A stretch of 64,000 nt of DNA from Polyangiales bacterium (GTDB lineage: Bacteria; Myxococcota_A; Polyangia; Polyangiales; Polyangiaceae): assembly GCA_038231275.1 (NCBI GenBank), contig JBBRLQ010000026.1, positions 47,926 through 111,925 of the forward strand, given 5' to 3'. Positions 55,813 to 64,000 of this stretch are shown here, in pieces. The position numbers and the translations under genes are program-made. Positions within the stretch are counted from its first letter, which is position 1. Each line of letters opens with the position of its first letter. The notes below the pieces were generated by a model that did no database searches, was not told the DNA's origin, and saw only the letters and a list, made by a program, of their open reading frames with translations.

Positions 55813-57714
55813 ATGAAGAGCGGCCGCGCCACCTCCTCGAGCCTCGTCGTCGGCGAGCACATCGTCTCGCGCTGCGCGGACGGGCTGCTCGAGGCGGAGT
55901 ACGCGCTCTTCGATCCCGACGACGTCATCGTGACGGCGCAGCTCGGCTTCGGCGCGCGCGAGCAGGGGTACCTGACGACTGCAGGCATGGCGCGCGAGCG
56001 GATGAGGACGCTCGGCATCAACAGCGTGCTCGCAGCGGACACGTTCGCGGCGTTCCGCTCGGTGCACCTCCGCTCGCTCGCGCGCGCGCCGTTCGTCGTC
56101 CAGGTGATCGACCAGCTGTCGGCGTACGAGGCGTTCGAGGGGGGTACGTTCTCGTCGGAGTCGAAGACGTACGCGGGCACGTGGCTCGACCTCCGCGCGC
56201 TTGCGCAGAGCTGCCCTCTGTCGACCGCGAGCATCGTGCTGCAGGCGCTGCACCTCTTCTTGGTCGTCGAGGAGATGGCGGACGACGTGCCAGTGCGTCT
56301 CCTCACCGCCGACGTCACCGAAGACCGGCGGCCGGGGACGCGCACGTGGAGCAAGCAGCGCTTCGAGAGCGCGCCGCGCCTGCCGTGGGTGCTGCGCTCC
56401 ATGCGCGTCGCGCCACCCAAGCCGCCCCTCATGACGACGGAGGACGAGGAGCTCCTTCGCGCCGATCTCGTCGTGACCTTACGGGCGCGCGCGACCGCTG
56501 CGCCGAGCGTGCGCGTCCGGCTCCGGACGCTCGCGGCGCAAGTGGCGCGGCCGCTGGAGACGCCGGCGTACGGCTCTCCTCCGATCGACTCGCTCGAGTC
56601 GGCGACCGCCGCGCTCCGCCACACGCCGCAGCCGCGTCAGCACGTCCAGGCGCCGCACATGGCGCTCCCGCCGGAGGCCCCGCCGCTCTTCGAGGAGCTG
56701 CGGCTACACACCGAGCTGCTGAAGGGCGACGCGCACATCCGCGAGGTCGCGAAATTCCTTTCCGCGATGGCGGAGCGCGCCGGGACGATGCCCGAGCTCG
56801 CGATCCTCGCCGCGCGCGCGTGGCTGGCGTCGGGCGAGCTCGGGCACGCGCGGCACCTCGCGAAGGAGCTCGTCTCGGATCTCGACACACCGGAGGACGT
56901 GCGGATCACGGCGCTCGAGATCTTGAAGACGACCGCGCCGACGAACGAGTCGGGACAGCCGCCGCCGGTCGCCGTGATCGAGCCGTCGCCGATCGTGTTC
57001 CTCGCCTCGGAGCCGGATCGCGCGGCGCCGGCGGGTGCGTCGCTCCCTCCGTACGCGAGCGAGCCCGCGAAGCCGCCCGCGCCAAGCCCCGCGTTCGTGG
57101 TGACCCCGGCCCCGCGACGCGCCGCGCGCCCCGAGACCCGCCCCAAGGACGAGACCATCATCGACGCTGCCGGAAGCGAGCCGCCGCCGAAGGCGCATCG
57201 CACGAGGGCAGCTCGCTCCGAGATCGTCGAGACGCTTCCCTTCCCCGCCGGCCTCGACGACGCGACCCTCGAGGAAGGCGCGACCCCGACGACGCCCGCG
57301 CAGATGCGCGTCGCGATGACGCGGCAGGCGCGCGCGCTGGGGCGCGACTACAGGATCTGGTACGGCACGGCGCTCAAGACGAACGCGATGGCGATCGAGG
57401 CCATGCAGCGGCACCTCCGCCGCCGATTCGGAGACGGAGGCTCGGATCCCAAGACCGAGAAGAAGCTCGAGACCGAGCTCACGCGGCACGGCGCGCTCCT
57501 CTCGGAAATCCTCGCGCGCATGCTCGGCGGCGCGTGGGTGGACGTGTCGGGCGACGAGCCGGGCCGCTGGGCGATGCTCCTCGGGCCGAACCTTCGCGTG
57601 TGGCCGATCGGGCGCGTCTACCGCTTCTTCCGGCAGGGGCACCGTGAGGAAGATCTCGTCGCGTTTTATTTGGAGCTCGAGCGAGCGCTCGAGGACGGGG
57701 AAAAGTCGCCGTGA
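55813..57714 (+). CDS. Hypothetical multidomain protein
   Basis: 633-aa ORF with GC3 bias. Globular N- and C-termini flank Pro-rich linkers. Confidence 0.75.
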   Translation: MKSGRATSSSLVVGEHIVSRCADGLLEAEYALFDPDDVIVTAQLGFGAREQGYLTTAGMARERMRTLGINSVLAADTFAAFRSVHLRSLARAPFVVQVIDQLSAYEAFEGGTFSSESKTYAGTWLDLRALAQSCPLSTASIVLQALHLFLVVEEMADDVPVRLLTADVTEDRRPGTRTWSKQRFESAPRLPWVLRSMRVAPPKPPLMTTEDEELLRADLVVTLRARATAAPSVRVRLRTLAAQVARPLETPAYGSPPIDSLESATAALRHTPQPRQHVQAPHMALPPEAPPLFEELRLHTELLKGDAHIREVAKFLSAMAERAGTMPELAILAARAWLASGELGHARHLAKELVSDLDTPEDVRITALEILKTTAPTNESGQPPPVAVIEPSPIVFLASEPDRAAPAGASLPPYASEPAKPPAPSPAFVVTPAPRRAARPETRPKDETIIDAAGSEPPPKAHRTRAARSEIVETLPFPAGLDDATLEEGATPTTPAQMRVAMTRQARALGRDYRIWYGTALKTNAMAIEAMQRHLRRRFGDGGSDPKTEKKLETELTRHGALLSEILARMLGGAWVDVSGDEPGRWAMLLGPNLRVWPIGRVYRFFRQGHREEDLVAFYLELERALEDGEKSP

Positions 57715-57736
57715 CCGTGCTAAGGGTCGCGTCGGA

Positions 57737-58819
57737 ATGGCGGACGCGGGCCTGGCGGCGCTGACGGCGAAGCTCGAGACGCTGCTCGTGCGCGAGCTCG
57801 CCTTGGAGTGGCTCCACCTCAATCGCCTCTATTTCAAGGACGGGCTGACGGCGCCGCAGATCGTGCTCGTGCCTACGCGCGGCCACCTCGGGCGCTGGCA
57901 TCGTGAGACGCGCACGCTCGAAATCTCGCGCCCGCTCGTGCTGGCGCAACCGTGGGGCGTCGTGCTCGAGGTCATGAAGCACGAGATGGCGCACCAGTAT
58001 GTGAACGAGACGCTGGGCGAGTCGAGCGAGTCACCACACGGCCCTGCGTTCCGCGCGGCGTGCGCGCGCTTGGGCATCGACGCGGCCGCCGCCGGAATGC
58101 CGACGGCGAAGAACGACGGCGAGGAGCGCATCGCAACCCGCATCGCGCGCCTCCTCGCGCTCGCCGAGAGCCCCAACCAGCACGAGGCCGAGGCCGCCGC
58201 CGCCGCCGCGCAGCGCCTCATGCTGAAGCACAACCTCGAGGTCCGCCGCGACGCGGCCGGGCGCGGCTACGGCTGGAAGCACTTCGGCGCGCCGACCGGC
58301 CGCGTCACCGAGGCCGAGCGCATCCTCGCCATGGTCATCGGCAAGCACTTCTTCGTCGACGTCATTTGGGTCCCCGTCTACCGCCCCCTCGAAGGGAAGC
58401 GCGGGAGCGTCCTCGAAGCGTGCGGCTCGCCGGCGAACCTCGAGATCGCGGAGTACGTGCACGACTTCATGCGCGCCACCGCCGAGCGCCTGTGGAGCGA
58501 GCACAAAGCCACGCGCGGAATCGACGGGAACCGCGATCGGCGCACCTTCCTCGCGGGGGTGATGACAGGCTTCGCAGAGAAGCTCTCGAGGAGCGCCGCG
58601 CAACACAAGAGCGAAGGGCTCGTGTGGGTCCGCGACGGCGATCTCGGGCAGTACCTCCGCGTCCGCCACCCGCACGTCCGCCACGTCCGCCACGCAAGCG
58701 CGCAACGAAACGAGGCGTTCTCGCACGGTCGTCAGGCAGGCCGCGGCATCGTCCTTCACCGCGGCGTGCGTGGCGCGGCCGAGAGCCGCGGTCGCCTTCT
58801 TCCGCCAGGCCGTGGTTGA
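57737..58819 (+). CDS. SprT-like zincin + DUF2786 domain protein
   Basis: KHEMAHQ...HGPAF and RIARLLALAESPNQHEAEAA...LMLKHN. Confidence 0.85.
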   Translation: MADAGLAALTAKLETLLVRELALEWLHLNRLYFKDGLTAPQIVLVPTRGHLGRWHRETRTLEISRPLVLAQPWGVVLEVMKHEMAHQYVNETLGESSESPHGPAFRAACARLGIDAAAAGMPTAKNDGEERIATRIARLLALAESPNQHEAEAAAAAAQRLMLKHNLEVRRDAAGRGYGWKHFGAPTGRVTEAERILAMVIGKHFFVDVIWVPVYRPLEGKRGSVLEACGSPANLEIAEYVHDFMRATAERLWSEHKATRGIDGNRDRRTFLAGVMTGFAEKLSRSAAQHKSEGLVWVRDGDLGQYLRVRHPHVRHVRHASAQRNEAFSHGRQAGRGIVLHRGVRGAAESRGRLLPPGRG

Positions 58820-58826
58820 GCGGGCG

Positions 58827-60005
58827 ATGGGCAAATTCCACCTCTTCGAGACGCCGATCGGCCCGTGCGCGATCGCGTGGAGCGACGACGGCATCCTCCG
58901 ATTCCAGCTCCCCGAGCGAATCGAGGCCGACGCCCGCGCGCGGCTCGCCGGCCACGACGAAGCAACGCCGCCGAAGTGGCTGAAGGACACGCTGAAGCGC
59001 GTCGCGCGCCACCTCGAAGGCTCGCCGCAGCGCTTCGACGAGGAGCCGCTCGATCTCTCCGGCGTTCCGCCCTTCCACGCCAAGGTCTACGCGGCGTTGC
59101 GCGGCGTGAAGCCCGGCGAGACGGTCACGTACGGCGAGCTCGCGTCGCGCGCCGGATCGAAGAGTGCGCTGCGGGCCGTCGGCCAGGCGATGGCGAAGAA
59201 CCCGATCCCGCTCCTCGTCCCCTGCCACCGCGTCCTCGCCGCCGGCGATCGCGCGGGGGGGTTCTCGGCGTACGGCGGTCGCGTGACCAAGGCCGCCCTC
59301 CTCGCGCTCGAAGGCGTGACGCTCGGCGACAAGAAGGACGACGCGCCCCTCTTCGCCGTACGCGCCGGCGAGGGCACGCTTCTCCCCTACGACCCCGCCG
59401 AGGCGATCGCGCACCTCTCTGCGCAAGACGACAAGCTCGCCGATCTGATCCGCCGCGCCGGCCCCTTCACGCTCACGTTGAAAGAGACGGAGGGCGCGTT
59501 TCTCGCGCTCGCCGAATCGATCGTCTACCAGCAGCTCCACGGCAAGGCGGCCGCGACCATCCTCGGGCGCGTGAAGGCGCTCTTCGCCCGCCCCGCGTTC
59601 ACGCCGCGCGACATCCTCGGCGCCTCGGAGTCCGATCTCCGCATGGCCGGCCTCTCGCGCAGCAAGCTCGCCGCGCTCAAGGACCTCGCCGCGAAGGCCG
59701 AGGACGGCACCGTCCCCACCCTCCCCGCGCTCGCGAAGATGACCGACGACGAGATCGTCGAGCGCCTCACCGTGGTCCGCGGAATCGGGCGCTGGACCGT
59801 CGAGATGCTCCTCATGTTCCGCCTCGGCCGCCCCGACGTTCTGCCCGTCTCCGACTTTGGCGTCCGCCTCGGATTCAAGACGACGTTCCGCACGCGCGGC
59901 ATGCCGAGCCCCGCGCAGATGACGAAACGCGCGGAGAAATGGCGCCCGTTTCGCTCGGTGGCCGCCTGGTACATGTGGCGCGCAGTGGATCTTTCCCGTC
60001 GCTGA
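58827..60005 (+). CDS. Fused O6-methylguanine methyltransferase (Ogt) and AlkA-type 3-methyladenine glycosylase
   Basis: TYGELA, RAVG and IPLLVPCHRV, then IVYQQL and VRGIGRWT...LGRPD.LP.SD (HhH-GPD). Confidence 0.9.
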   Translation: MGKFHLFETPIGPCAIAWSDDGILRFQLPERIEADARARLAGHDEATPPKWLKDTLKRVARHLEGSPQRFDEEPLDLSGVPPFHAKVYAALRGVKPGETVTYGELASRAGSKSALRAVGQAMAKNPIPLLVPCHRVLAAGDRAGGFSAYGGRVTKAALLALEGVTLGDKKDDAPLFAVRAGEGTLLPYDPAEAIAHLSAQDDKLADLIRRAGPFTLTLKETEGAFLALAESIVYQQLHGKAAATILGRVKALFARPAFTPRDILGASESDLRMAGLSRSKLAALKDLAAKAEDGTVPTLPALAKMTDDEIVERLTVVRGIGRWTVEMLLMFRLGRPDVLPVSDFGVRLGFKTTFRTRGMPSPAQMTKRAEKWRPFRSVAAWYMWRAVDLSRR

Positions 60006-60064
60006 ACGAAGATTCCTGGGTCGCGGGTTGCGTAGGGGGAAGTGTATGCTAGTTGACTACGTAC

Positions 60065-60451
60065 ATGATGAGCAGCTCCGACGTGGTGCGCCTCCTGGAA
60101 CGGTCCGCTCGTACGAGCTCGATGGCGCCCAAGCCTGCAGAGGCGGTGCGCTCGGCCAAGACCGGAGGCCTCGTCCACTGCGGGCTCGTGCTGCAGAAGA
60201 TCGACGGCCGCGCGTACACGATCTTCCCCGAGAACCGTGTCCTCTGGGCCGATCGTGAGGCGCTCTCGAAGGACGTCGCCGACGTCATGATCGCGATGAG
60301 CGATCCCTTCTCGACCACCTGGGAGGCGCTCGTCGAGCAGGTGCGCGTCCTCGCCGCGACCACCAGCGTCTATTTCGCGCACGTCACGCCGAACGTGGCG
60401 CGCGCGCAGTTCCTCGCCGAATGGGAGCTGGTTCGAACGCTCGCCGGCTGA
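60065..60451 (+). CDS. Hypothetical protein
   Basis: 128-aa GC3-biased ORF downstream of a locally AT-richer spacer. Confidence 0.6.
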   Translation: MMSSSDVVRLLERSARTSSMAPKPAEAVRSAKTGGLVHCGLVLQKIDGRAYTIFPENRVLWADREALSKDVADVMIAMSDPFSTTWEALVEQVRVLAATTSVYFAHVTPNVARAQFLAEWELVRTLAG

Positions 60452-60524
60452 CCCCAAACCGGCCGCCGGGTCGCGATGCCCGGTCTCTGCGCGCCGCGCG
60501 GGTTTGCTGATACGCTGCGAGGAG

Positions 60525-62081
60525 ATGCCCCTCGGGCCCGACACGCACGAGACGCCCAAGGCCGAGCCCGGCGAGCTTCCGGAGGGCACGCGGCTCCTCG
60601 ACCGCTACACGATCATCGATCGCGTGGGCTCTGGCGGGATGGCCAGCATCTACCGCGCGATGGACGACCGCCTCGATCGCGTCGTCTGCGTGAAGCTTTT
60701 GCGCCTGGTCCTCGAAGGCTCGGGTAGCACCGCCGGCGGCAGCGTGTACCAAGCCACGTACTCGCATTTTTTGCAGGAGGCGCTCGCGCTCTCGAAGCTC
60801 CAGCACCCCAACACCCTGCGCATCTACGATTTCGGGTACCTCGACGAGACGCAGCGCCCCTTCCAGATCAGCGAGTACCTCGACGGCGGCAACCTCGAGG
60901 GCCGCGTCCGACGGAGCGGGCCGCTCGATCGTGACGCGATCGAAGGGATCCTCGAGCCGATGACCGCGGCGGTCACCGAGGCGCACGCGAACCGCATCAT
61001 CCACCGCGACATCAAGCCGTCGAACATCCTGTTCGCGCGCATCGGCGAGACACTCGTCCCGAAGCTCGCCGACTTCGGCATTGCGCGGAGCGAACTGAAG
61101 AAGCAGCGCCGCCCTGGAGATCCGGTGGGCCCCGGCGAAGACGACGCCACGGGCGCGCTGAGCACGATCGCCCTATTTTCCCCGCGCTGGGCGGCCCCCG
61201 AGCAGCTGTGCGGCGCGCCCGAAGGTCCGTACACCGACGTCTATGCGCTCGGCCTGCTGACGCTCTTCATGATCTCCGGACGACCCCCCTTCGACGATCC
61301 GGACGCCCGCGCCACGTTCAGCGCCCGCGTACGTTCCGACGATCTGATGCAGCGACGACTCCGCGATCGGACGGTGGACGGGCCGCTCGTCGGCGTGCTC
61401 GCCGCGGCGATGGCGGCGGATCCGAAGAAGCGGATCCCATCGCCCGCCGAATTTCATGCGCGCGTCCGCGCCGCGCTGCGACCGGCGTTGCCGCCCCGGT
61501 CGAGCGTTCCGCCGCCGTCACCTCGTTCGCCCTCGGGCGCGCCGCCGCCACGCCCGCCGTCCGGGCCGCCCCCGATGCGGAAGAAGATGGACTCGGTCAC
61601 CGTCGAGCTCGAGGCGATCATGCCGAGGCCGGACGCTCCGGAAGAGCCGGTCGTCGCGACGGAGCGCGAGGAGACGGTCGGCCGTTACCGCGTGCGCTTG
61701 GTCGAGGTGAACGACGCCATCGACTTCACGCGCGCGACCGCCACGGGCGAGCTGCGTTTTCGCATCTCGATGATCGCCATTCCCCACACCCCGCTCCGGA
61801 TCAACATCAAGGGGCTCAACTGTTTCGTCGCATGGGCAGATCGCGCCACGCGCCCGACGCCGGCCATCGTCGCGACCCAGGACGGGTCGGTCGATCTGGT
61901 GTCGGCACAGCGGGAGAAGATCGGCCGCGTCTCGTGGTCTTTCGGTACACCAGCTCACACAGGGCGCGTGTTTCTCGTGGACGGCCAAGAGTTGGTGATA
62001 CCCTACGAGAATGCATCGTCGGCCGTGGTCGTGCACCTCGGGGACGATCGTGAGCTAGTGGCCATGTGCAAGCGCGGGTAA
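60525..62081 (+). CDS. Hanks-type Ser/Thr protein kinase with Pro-rich linker and unknown C-terminal domain
   Basis: GSGGMA, VCVK, HPN, HRDIKPSN, DFG, APE and DVYALG. Confidence 0.92.
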   Translation: MPLGPDTHETPKAEPGELPEGTRLLDRYTIIDRVGSGGMASIYRAMDDRLDRVVCVKLLRLVLEGSGSTAGGSVYQATYSHFLQEALALSKLQHPNTLRIYDFGYLDETQRPFQISEYLDGGNLEGRVRRSGPLDRDAIEGILEPMTAAVTEAHANRIIHRDIKPSNILFARIGETLVPKLADFGIARSELKKQRRPGDPVGPGEDDATGALSTIALFSPRWAAPEQLCGAPEGPYTDVYALGLLTLFMISGRPPFDDPDARATFSARVRSDDLMQRRLRDRTVDGPLVGVLAAAMAADPKKRIPSPAEFHARVRAALRPALPPRSSVPPPSPRSPSGAPPPRPPSGPPPMRKKMDSVTVELEAIMPRPDAPEEPVVATEREETVGRYRVRLVEVNDAIDFTRATATGELRFRISMIAIPHTPLRINIKGLNCFVAWADRATRPTPAIVATQDGSVDLVSAQREKIGRVSWSFGTPAHTGRVFLVDGQELVIPYENASSAVVVHLGDDRELVAMCKRG

Positions 62082-62117
62082 GCAAACGCGCGCAAGTTCC
62101 TGGCCAGGGAGACTTCG

Positions 62118-64000
62118 TTGGGCCAAAGGAACGCGCCACCAGTGCCGCCGACACGCCAGCCCTCGCAGCCAACGGTGGTGACGGACGACGCGCTCGACGA
62201 CGCGACGCCCGTCGAGACGCACATGGCGGTGCCCGGCGCGGCCCAGGGTCCGCGCCCGCCGGTCCGCCCGATGGGGCCGCCGCCCGGTCCGCGGGGCCAG
62301 TTCGTCCACATCTCCACGCCGACGGCGTTCACTCCGCAGCCGATCGGCAACGGCCCGATCGCGCCGCAGCAGCAACGTGAGCGTGACAGCGAGCCGCAGA
62401 CCGCCGTGGCCGCGAATCCTCTCCAACCCCAGCCGCCTCCCCGGCCCCCGCAGCAGAGCGGGCCGCCGCCGTCGATGCGTGGGATGTTGCAGAGCCGCCC
62501 GCCGTCGTCGCAAGCGTTCCCCGTTCCGGGTCCGCCGAACCCCGGCAGCATGACCCCGTCGGGGATCTCGCCCACCGCGCACGCGCACAGCGGTCCTCCG
62601 TCGCCGCTCGGGATGACGCAGCAGGCGCCGTCGCCTCCCCAACATCATCCGCCGTCGTCGATGATGCATGCCGCCGCCCAGCAGCAAGGGCAACAGCAAC
62701 AGCAACAGCAACAGCACTCGCAGCATCCGCCGATGCCGATGCAGATGCAGCCGCTCTCAGGCGGCACGCAGATGCTGGCGCTCCACACAGCCGATCCGCA
62801 GAAGGGCTACCGCACCGCCGCCAGCCACGTCACCCGCGGGCGCGCCTACTCGTTCGTCCTCGACGCGCGCGGCATGCCGATCGAGCTCGGGAGCGGCCGC
62901 TTCGCGAAGGTCTACCTCGGCGAGGAGCGCTGGCTCGAGTCGAAGACCGACTACCGCCGCGAGATCGTCATCAAGATCCTCCAGAAGGGCGTGTGCGAGG
63001 AGGATCACATGCGCTTCCAGATGGAGAAGGAGCTCCTCGAGCGCGTGCAGGGGCACCCGAACATCGTCGAGCTCATGGCGAGCGGCGAGCTCGAGGACAC
63101 CGAGTTCATCCCGCCGATCATCCGCGACAAGGTCGACTGCGAGTTCATGATCCTGGAGCGGCTCGAGATGAGCCTCGAGGAGCGGCTCAAGGGCTCGCGC
63201 ACCAAGGGCAAGAAGGACGAGCTCCTCGCATGCGACATGCGCGAGCGCATTTTCCGCGTGCTCGACTACGTGATCCCGATCGCCAGCGCCGTCGAGTACG
63301 CGCACCTGATCCGGAACATGTGCCACCGCGACATCAAGCCCGCGAACGTCCTCGTCGGGCTGCCGAACCCCAACCTCCGCGGCTCCACGCTGGAGGTCCG
63401 CCTCGCCGACTTCAACGTCGCCAAGCTCCGCGACGACGACGTGAACTTCGGGATGACGCAGATGAAAGCGGTCCCCGGGACGCTCTTTTTCCAGAGCCCC
63501 GAGCAGGAGACGAACATCATCGAGCTCCTCGTCAACACGCAGCAAGGCGTGCCCGAGGTCGAGTATTTTGAGGATTTCTACATCCAGATCGCCAAAAACG
63601 ACACGTTCTCCCTCTTCAACCGCGGCGAGCAGTACCCGATCCTCTACGCCGATCGCGCGCGCAAGCGCATCGTCCTCGCGCGCCCGTACCGCGACACGAG
63701 CGAATCGAACGTCCGCGCGAAGGTCCAGAAGAGCGTAGGTCGACCGGCGGACATCTACTCTCTCGGCGCGACCCTCTACTATTTGATCAGCGGCGCATAC
63801 GCGAACCCCAAGACGCTCTACGACGCGTTCCACAAGTTCATCGAGTACGAGCGCGCCGACGAGAACAACACCATCGAGGGGTATCTGCAGCACGAGTACT
63901 CGGTCATCAACTCGCTGCGCGCGCCGAAGCAGAACGACGGGAACATGGAGGTCGCGCCCGCCGATCGCTTCTTCACCTACAAGCACTACCTCGACGGCAA
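62118..64000 (+). CDS. Ser/Thr protein kinase with long P/Q/M-rich N-terminus (3'-truncated; absent from the ORF track)
   Basis: Open frame from TTG 62118 (AGGGAG upstream; alternative ATG 62223) to the window end. GSGRFA, IVIK, HPN, HRDIKPAN, DFN, SPE and DIYSLG. Confidence 0.88.
   Translation, partial: MGQRNAPPVPPTRQPSQPTVVTDDALDDATPVETHMAVPGAAQGPRPPVRPMGPPPGPRGQFVHISTPTAFTPQPIGNGPIAPQQQRERDSEPQTAVAANPLQPQPPPRPPQQSGPPPSMRGMLQSRPPSSQAFPVPGPPNPGSMTPSGISPTAHAHSGPPSPLGMTQQAPSPPQHHPPSSMMHAAAQQQGQQQQQQQQHSQHPPMPMQMQPLSGGTQMLALHTADPQKGYRTAASHVTRGRAYSFVLDARGMPIELGSGRFAKVYLGEERWLESKTDYRREIVIKILQKGVCEEDHMRFQMEKELLERVQGHPNIVELMASGELEDTEFIPPIIRDKVDCEFMILERLEMSLEERLKGSRTKGKKDELLACDMRERIFRVLDYVIPIASAVEYAHLIRNMCHRDIKPANVLVGLPNPNLRGSTLEVRLADFNVAKLRDDDVNFGMTQMKAVPGTLFFQSPEQETNIIELLVNTQQGVPEVEYFEDFYIQIAKNDTFSLFNRGEQYPILYADRARKRIVLARPYRDTSESNVRAKVQKSVGRPADIYSLGATLYYLISGAYANPKTLYDAFHKFIEYERADENNTIEGYLQHEYSVINSLRAPKQNDGNMEVAPADRFFTYKHYLDG

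Noticed and set aside
60525..64000. Possible read-through fusion of the two kinases (same frame, single TAA at 62079-62081)
   Set aside because: TAA is not a usual recoding codon, and the second gene has its own AGGGAG-TTG start.

Overview
Very GC-rich, gene-dense bacterial DNA. A MYXO-CTERM-type tail, proline-rich Ser/Thr kinases and the EPS gene set point to a myxobacterium, probably Polyangiales (inference). About 58 genes can be called. I found no rRNA, tRNA, CRISPR array or mobile element. Bases 1-16.6 kb are ordinary accessory and housekeeping genes (lipoproteins, a RibD-like deaminase, a lipase-like hydrolase, tex, an Npt-like transporter, VOC/ArsR, an ABC1 kinase). Bases 16.6-55.7 kb form a ~39 kb Wzx/Wzy exopolysaccharide locus resembling the Myxococcus eps locus: priming transferase, single-domain response regulator, Wzx, Wzy, co-polymerase, degenerate BY-kinase, short OPX plus separate beta-barrel, TagA-type GT, GH44 and several GT2/GT4 genes. 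Two carrier-protein modules are embedded in it: (A) nadE-like, asnB, AMP-ligase, truncated HemK-like methyltransferase, ACP; and (B) acpS, ACP, acyl-CoA dehydrogenase-like, amino acid:carrier-protein ligase, DUF1839, GH2. The locus also carries a second AsnB and a fused double alpha/beta-hydrolase. The best candidate for an undescribed system is an ACP-dependent aminoacyl/amide tailoring line acting on the polysaccharide. Bases 55.8-64 kb hold a novel-architecture protein, a SprT/DUF2786 protein, an Ogt-AlkA fusion and two Ser/Thr kinases. All family calls come from reading motifs by eye; no database search was run.
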